Notes under the pieces: model-generated | Seen by the model: the letters and a program-made list of their open reading frames with translations, nothing else | The model's database searches: none | What the model was told of the DNA's origin: nothing | NCBI GenBank assembly: GCA_951406725.2 | Contig: OX597817.1 | Span: 36,456,001 to 36,520,000, forward strand | Direction: 5' to 3' | From: Octopus vulgaris | Taxonomy: Eukaryota | Length of the DNA: 64,000 nt | Part shown: in pieces, positions 55,270-64,000 of the stretch | How the letters are laid out: each line of letters starts with the position of its first letter | Position numbering within the stretch: position 1 is the first letter of the stretch | Position numbers and translations under genes: made by a program

Positions 55270-55944
55270 ACCTGCAATAGTCGATGAAGGTCTGGTTGTT
55301 CAATACTCTGTCGAATTTCTGAACACACTTTAAACCCATTGGGATGCCACCGCATGAATTGATACTAAAGCTGGATGCTCCCATTATGTTGTTTAGGAAT
55401 CATGACCTACCTCACTTATGTAACGGAACTCGCTTAACTGATACTTCCACGAAGCACCATGTCCTACAGGCAATAATCATAACAGGTATTCACAAAGGAG
55501 AATACGTCTTTATTCCAAAATTCCTCTCATACCTAGAGATTTTCCATTTGAATTTAAGAGGCTTCAGTTTGCAGTCAAACTAAGTTTTGGTATTTCAATA
55601 AAAAAAATCTCAGGTTTAATTCCTCAAAGTGGTTTGACTTCATCTCTACATGCTTCTCTCACGGCCAACTCTGTGTTGGTTCCTCATGAGTTGAAAGCAG
55701 AAACAATTTATTCACTTGGACACCAACAAAGAATTACACAATAAATATTGTTTACTCTGTGGTGATTCAAGATTCACAGAGTTTCAGTTCTATATACTAT
55801 TATCATTACAATTTGGGTGCTTTTTAATAAAATATAGATATTTTGAAATAATTGTGAGAAACAAAAATATAATCTTCATATTTATTATTTAATAATCTGA
55901 ATAAGAACAGCTGTAACTCGGGCAATGCCGGGTAATTCAACTAG
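55270..55944 (+). mobile_element. Helitron 3' portion with PIF1-like helicase remnant
   Basis: Y.VEFLNTL..MPPHELILKLDAPIMLFRN..LCNGTRL...GEYVFIP, then frameshifted FKRLQF, KSQG and FSHGQL motifs. The 3' hairpin actcgggcaatgccgggt and CTAG|T are at 55941-55945. Confidence 0.9.
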
Positions 55945-56014
55945 TAACAACAACAACAATGACGACGACGACGATGATGACGATGATGATTATGATGATG
56001 ATGATGATGGTGAA

Positions 56015-56090
<76 letters not shown>

Positions 56091-56091
<1 letters not shown>

Positions 56092-56712
56092 GTTCGCACA
56101 AAGCGAATACAAAAGGGGACACGACCATGTGGCCAGATATGTCCACTGGCTGTTGTGCGGTAAAGTAACCCTTGAGAGAGCCGAACAATGGTATGAATAC
56201 AAGCCAGACGGAGTAGTGGAAAACGAACATTACAAAATACTCTGGGATTTTAACATACGGTACGTTTAAGTTATAGAGGCAGGATGGCCAGATATCATGA
56301 TCGTCCATTAAGATGAAAAAGAAAGAAAGATAATAGATGTTGCAATATCAGGCAACTTTAAGGTTAAAATATAAGGAAATAAAAAAGACTCAGAAATATC
56401 AGCCACTGTAGGATGACAGGAAATTTATGGGACATGGGGAAAGTAATGATGATACCAGTGGTAATTGGAACATTAGGAGTAGTTTCCAAGGGCTTTGAAA
56501 AATATACTAAGAATATTGGAGCTGCTGTCAGGCTCGAAGTTATTCAGAAGACAGAATTGTTGGGTACAGCTCGCATTCTAAGGAGAGTATTGCCACTTTG
56601 AGTCACAGGAGAAGGCACTACTTGAAACTTTTGGTGAGTTGTTGTTGCCTGCTTTCAAGTAAAGAATAACCGGTAATTAAGAACTATCCGAGAATCTTTC
56701 AGAATAACATTT

Positions 56713-56713
<1 letters not shown>
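56091..56713 (+). mobile_element. R4/Dong-like 3' fragment (RLE domain + 3' UTR) in (TAA)n
   Basis: AQSEYKRGHDHVARYVHW..WYEYKP..KILWDF, PDI and IPVVIGTLG..IQKTELLGTARILRRVL. Flanked by (TAA)n. Confidence 0.88.
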
Positions 56714-57607
<894 letters not shown>

Positions 57608-57608
<1 letters not shown>

Positions 57609-60513
57609 CACTCCTCTAGCAAGCTCATCGCGAACTGAAATGAGCTTGCTAGAGGAGTGATTATTATTATTTCAGTTCTCGATGAGCTTGTGAATATTAA
57701 GCCGAGAAAAGCTAGAAAAATCAAGCAAAAATATAAAATCAAAGATCTCATAAACCTCCCTGCAACTAAGGAACTGTTGAAACAACGGATACAGTTGAAA
57801 GCTCAACGGCTTAGAAGGTATGACAAAAGAAACAAATTTTATCGACAAAATAAATTTTTTAAGACAGATGCAAAGAAATTTTATAGGGAAATTGGCAAAA
57901 ATAAAATACACATAGAAGATCCACCTAAGATTGAGGAAGTGGTGGAGTTCTGGAAGAAGGTATGGAGCAACGAAAAAGAGTTTAATGCTGAGGCTGACTG
58001 GATAGAACGCGAGAAAGAGAGACTGGATGAACTTGAAGAACAGAAATGGGAAGCAATAGGAATAGAGGAGCTAAGGTGTGTCCTTAGGAAGGCTCATAAA
58101 TGGAAAACCCCAGGACTGGATCGGATCCCTAACTTCTGGCTGAATTGTTTGACAGAGGTACACGAATATCTCGCTGCATCTCTGTCTGATGTCATTCAGA
58201 ACCCAGAGCAAATACCTGCTTGGCTGACTGAAGGAACCACCTACCTATTACCTAAAACCGAAGACACAAAAAACCCAAAGAATTACCGGCCAATAACATG
58301 TCTCAACACCACCTACAAAATCCTTACATCCATAATAACGGAGAGAATGTACGCTTTCCTTGAACAAAATTCTATGCTTCCACAAGCTCAAAAAGGTTGT
58401 AAAAGAAACTCTTATGGGTGCAAAGACCAATTGCTCATAAACAGAATGATTGTAGAGAATTGCCGGAGCAAAAACAAAAACCTGAGTATGGCATGGATAG
58501 ACTACAGGAAAGCGTATGACAGTGTCCCACATAAATGGATACTCAAGGCCCTTGAGATATACAAGATCTCTCCTGTCGTCTCAAAATTCTTAGAGAATAG
58601 CATGACCATGTGGAACACACGTCTCTTTCTAAGCCATAGTAATGGGATGAGCCAGTCCAATAGCATCAACATCAAACGAGGCATCTTTCAAGGTGACTCC
58701 CTCTCTCCATTACTTTTTTGCATGGCACTGATCCCACTCTCAAACGAATTGGATAGTACCAGATATGGGTACAAAGTTTTTAGTAAGTTAATAAACCACC
58801 TTTTCTATATGGACGACCTAAAGCTGTTTGCCAGGAATGACCAAGAGCTAGAAGGGCTGCTAACAACTGTTAAAGAGTTTAGCAATGATGTCGGGATGGA
58901 TTTTGGCCTTGATAAGTGTGCTAAAGCAACTTTTGTAAGAGGCAAGCTCAGGCAAACAGCTTCTGTTAAATTAGATATTGACACTACCATCAAGGAACTT
59001 GACCCACAAGAAAGTTACAAATACCTAGGAATCAACGAAGGAGATGGTATACATCATGCTACTATGAAGGAAAAGATAAGAAAGGAATATTATAGGAGAA
59101 TAAGGCTTGTACTGAAGACTGAACTCAACTCCAAAAATTGCATTGAGGCCATTAACACCCTGGCACTTCCAGTAGTCCAGTACAGTTTTAATATCATTAA
59201 CTGGAACCTTACGGAACTCCAACGCTTGGACAGGAAGACAAGAAAGTTACTGACATCCAAGAGCATGCACCACCCTAAGGCAGATGTAGACCGCTTGTAC
59301 CTACCTAGAAGCAGCGGGGGGAGAGGAATGATGCAATTAGAGCTGTGCTATAAGACCTCTACTGTAGGAATGAACAGGTACCTATCTAGTACAAAGGACT
59401 GGATGCTGCGACTTGTGTGCGAACACGAAAGCAGCAAAAAGCTGCATTCTATTGTCAAGGAAGCTTATAAGTTCGAAAGGGAACTAGACGTTAACCTTGA
59501 ATCAGATGAAGAGTCGGAAACCACTGCTACCAAGCAAGCAAAGCGAATCAAGCAGACTGCAAAAAAGAACGGGCAGAATCAAATTGAGAGGCGGTGGAGC
59601 CAGAAGCCCCTGCATGGACAATATATTCTCCGAAGCCAAAATGCTGATGTAGACCAAGCAACAACCCATCAGTGGCTGAAGAGCTCTGGATTGAAAGCAG
59701 AGACTGAAGGCTTCATAATGGCAGCACAAGATCAAAGCTTGTTTACCAGAAATTACCAGGCTAACGTTCTCCGAAACGGTACTGACCCTAAATGCAGATT
59801 TTGTGACACATTTCACTAAACAATAGACCATCTCGTTTCAGAATGTCTTGTGCTGACACCAAATGAATACAAAAATCGCCACGATAGGGTAGGACAGTAT
59901 ATACATTGGAAGATATGTAAACACTACAAATCCGACACTCCTGCTAACTGGTATGAACACCATCCTCAGCCAGTTGTTGAAGGTAAAGATGTCACCATCC
60001 TCTGGGATTTTCCAGTCAACACTGACAGAACGATCAAGGCTAATCGACCAGACATAATTGTGAAAGACAGGGAAGAAAATACCTGCAGACTAATAGAAGT
60101 AAGCGTCCCCACTGATAAAAATGTATCTGTCAAGGAATTTGACAAACTTAGTAAATATAAGGACCTGGAAATCGAAATACAGAGGATGTGGAATCATAAA
60201 ACAAAAACTGTTCCTGTTATTGTAGGTGCCCTAGGTATGATAAAAAAGGGATGTCAGAAACACCTAGACAATATCCCTGGAAAACCATGTCTCAAGGAAA
60301 TCCAAAAGATTGTGCTAACAAGTACTGCCCACATCCTTAGAAAAACCCTATCAATGTAAATGTTTGTGTTTGCATTACATGGAGATATATCTCTACTTAC
60401 CCTCCCCAAGCTTTCAGCTATATTTCAACAACACTTAACCTTCACTTGCCCTAGGGCGCTGGGTGTGCTCCGGCAAGTGATTGCATCAAACATGCAGATT
60501 AAAAGTAAATGAC
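57608..60513 (+). mobile_element. 5'-truncated R4/Dong-clade non-LTR retrotransposon inserted in (TAA)n
   Basis: Single reading frame with RT, CCHC and RLE domains; ~150-bp 3' UTR running into (AAT)n. Confidence 0.95.
57657..60359 (+). pseudogene. RT-CCHC-restriction-like endonuclease polyprotein with one in-frame stop
   Basis: PGLD, NYRPITCL, QKG, WIDYRKAYDSV, GIFQGDSLSPLLF, FYMDD, YKYLG; CRFC..H*TIDH..EC knuckle; RHD and RPD..IEVSVP..K..KY.DL. The 57657-59819 and 59850-60359 ORFs share a frame and are separated only by TAA at 59817-59819. Confidence 0.95.
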
Positions 60514-60959
<446 letters not shown>

Positions 60960-61515
60960 ATGCCCTGATGCAGTACCAGGCAGTGGCTCTCATGGCTTCT
61001 GATCTTAACTGATTGGAAGTGTTATCATGTACATTGTTTTGTCTTGGTATAAAAGATGGGCAACAGCAAATATTCTGCTCAATACCACAGATTTGCTTGT
61101 CAGTTGTTTGACCTTAACCAGTTGAGCATGTCCCTTAGTGGCTGACGATATGTGCATCTCTGATCACGAGCAGAAGTAGTGGGGGAGCATCATAGCCATG
61201 TGTTGAGAGGGATTCTTTGGGGTTTGAATAATTCACCTCTGGAAACATGGGTGGTTCTTTCAACATCCTTAAACAACCCTTATTCAGGGACCTTTTGAGC
61301 GGGATGGGCTACTCAACCTGAAGAAAATTCTAACTGGGCCCCACCTGCAAGGTCATGTGCTGTTTATCTTGATATGAGATCACCATGTCGCGCACATATG
61401 GTTGTGATGCATGTGCCTGGTGTACCTTTATCAGACGGGTAGTCATGATGGGTATATTGGGCTTCGTATATTTTACCCCAGTGTCACTTTGATGGCATGC
61501 ACTGCTCTCTCACTC
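60960..61515. mobile_element. Non-coding ~555-bp insert between (TAA)n tracts, probable non-autonomous retroelement
   Basis: Balanced-GC complex sequence with sharp boundaries against (AAT)n on both sides; no ORF. Confidence 0.55.
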
Positions 61516-61560
<45 letters not shown>

Positions 61561-61564
61561 TAAA

Positions 61565-61645
<81 letters not shown>

Positions 61646-62247
61646 TGTTCATTATCATGTGTTTAGAAGTGGTGAACGAATCTAGCTTTGTGCTTATACA
61701 TCAAGTATTAACTCATTTGTGGTCAAGAAAGTCTAAATGACGTAACGTAATTTTGTGGGAAGTAAAGTTATAATCAACTTTCCATTTACGATTGACTTCA
61801 TTAATACAAGTTCTATAAGAACCAACATTCTCATTCTTAATTCTTAAAACTTGTGTTTATGCAAAGGAAGGAAAAGAAAAACACACCGTTAAGGAGACAA
61901 ACAATTAAGGAACTTTGATATAACAGCAAATTTTGATCAGTATTTGATTCTTCCGATCGATTTTCTTTACAATTTTCTTACATAAGATTCCGGGTTCTGT
62001 TCTGCAAATCAAATAAAGCGTTCAACTTTCCATTGATTTAGTTTCAAAGACTTGCTCTGTTGGTATAGTTGAAGGTGATATTTCTCAACTATACTCACGC
62101 TGTGGGTAACACGGAAGAAATCTCCTGAATTACAAGTGACCAATTTCTACGGGAACATTTTACAAAGTGGAAAAACTTAACGTCACTGTTTAAACTGAGA
62201 ATATGATGCGAAACGGCTGGTACACTTGCACTTATATATACATCCAC

Positions 62248-62248
62248 G

Positions 62249-62335
<87 letters not shown>

Positions 62336-62518
62336 GTCTGTCTGTTTTTCTCTCTCTCTATCTCTCTTTCTCTACCTACCTCTCTACCCACCTAACTATC
62401 AACCTATGTATGTATGTATGTATGTATGTATGTATGTATGTATGTATGTATCTATCTATCTATCTATCTACTTACCTACCTACCTACCTACCTACCTACC
62501 TACCTATCTCTTTATCTA

Positions 62519-62577
<59 letters not shown>

Positions 62578-62630
62578 ATCTATATCTATCTATCTATCTA
62601 TCTATATCTATCTATATCTATCTATCTATC
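62248..62630. repeat. (TCTA)n/(TATG)n/(CCTA)n microsatellite
   Basis: Direct inspection. Confidence 0.95.
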
Positions 62631-63083
62631 TTTACACATACACTTACAAAATTATACACTTACCCGCTCACAGACGCAGTTACACACATATATACACGCA
62701 TGCAGAATCTTATGCACGTATACATCAGACATGCACACATACATCCACGTAAACCCCCACAAACCCAATCACACGGCAACTTACACATAAACACAGATAT
62801 AGAGTCCTACACACAGCAACAGGCAGTACTTAGTCACATAGTCCTTCTCCAAATGGAATGGGAGTGGTATTGTTTAGGGAAATAAACTAATAAAAGTATA
62901 AGAAGCTAACCAACAAGTAAACCAATTAGGTTGGTACAATAGACTTTGAAGAGAAATATTAGCTTAGGCGGACGGACTTGTGTTGTAAAGTGAACGGACT
63001 GCGTTTTCTTAACATGGCCGATCGATCATTGTATAAATGAAACAGACTTGGTCGTACAGGTTCACATATATATACACAGACAT

Positions 63084-63085
<2 letters not shown>

Positions 63086-63141
<56 letters not shown>

Positions 63142-63147
63142 TGTATG

Positions 63148-63178
<31 letters not shown>

Positions 63179-63229
63179 ATATATGTATATATATATATAT
63201 ATATATATGTTTATATATATATATGTATG

Positions 63230-63310
<81 letters not shown>
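63086..63310. repeat. (TA)n/(TG)n microsatellite
   Basis: Direct inspection. Confidence 0.95.
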
Positions 63311-63311
<1 letters not shown>

Positions 63312-64000
63312 AGTATATGTACGTATGTGTGTCTATGTATAGAGAAATATATAGGAATACTAACAGGTACACATACATTTGTTTATATGTGTGTGAGTAG
63401 GCAGTATGTCTATGTGTGTGTTATTGTTTGGGGGACTTGTGTGTGTGTGTGTGTGTGTGTGTGACAATGTGTCAGCTTGCGTGTGTCAGTTGTACAATAC
63501 TGAGCTAAAACAAATGTTAGACATGGGGAGACAAAAGACACAAAAGGAAATAATAAAGAAGAAACAATAGCACAAAATAAAACAATGAAGGAAATGGGGG
63601 AAAGTACATAAAGAGAACAAGCACTGCTTAGCTTGTGAGAAAGTACAAAAGTAATGAGAATGTAATAAAAATGTGAAAGAAAGATTAACTACCAATTGAA
63701 AGGAGGTGGACAGAGAGGAAGATGCGATTAAACAAAGAAGAGGGTGAAAGGAAACAACGAAGGAACTAAAAAAAATGCGAAAGAGAGAGAGAGAGAGAGA
63801 GAGAGAGAACACAAAAGGTAAGCTAGAAAGATATATAGAAGGAAATAAAGGGAAGCGAAGACGGAGAGGAAGGAAAAGAAAAAGACGGAATGAGAAAAAC
63901 AATAGATGGTCATAGAAGAGGAAAATACGGAAAGATATAAGAATATAAAGATGGAGAAAGTGAAGGAGAAAGAGAACAAGAGATAGGAAGAAAGAGGGCG

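Overview
AT-rich, microsatellite-saturated eukaryotic intronic/intergenic DNA. The mix of SINE families and microsatellites looks like a coleoid cephalopod (Octopus-like); this is an inference, not a database result. I find no confidently identifiable host gene, and nearly all ORFs in the track are simple-repeat artefacts. The real coding content comes from transposons. It includes a near-intact 5'-truncated R4/Dong-type RLE non-LTR retrotransposon (57.6-60.5 kb), one of four elements inserted in a single (TAA)n array. There are also further R4-like fragments, a Tx1/L1-type LINE, a Tigger/pogo transposase, a CR1/L2-type RT fragment, a Penelope RT+GIY-YIG remnant, a Helitron helicase remnant, non-autonomous Helitrons, a solo LTR nested in a SINE, a MULE-like MITE and four tRNA-derived SINE families. 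The most interesting signals are RNA-level. (i) A ~460-bp near-perfect palindrome carries two oppositely oriented minimal type I hammerhead ribozymes (13.2-13.7 kb). (ii) A tRNA-headed SINE-like element has a 3' part containing a hammerhead motif (38.7-39.0 kb). (iii) The R4 element has a snap-back 5' junction. (iv) A SINE is flanked by a ~170-bp direct duplication. (v) SINE-in-SINE junctions recur at one internal site.
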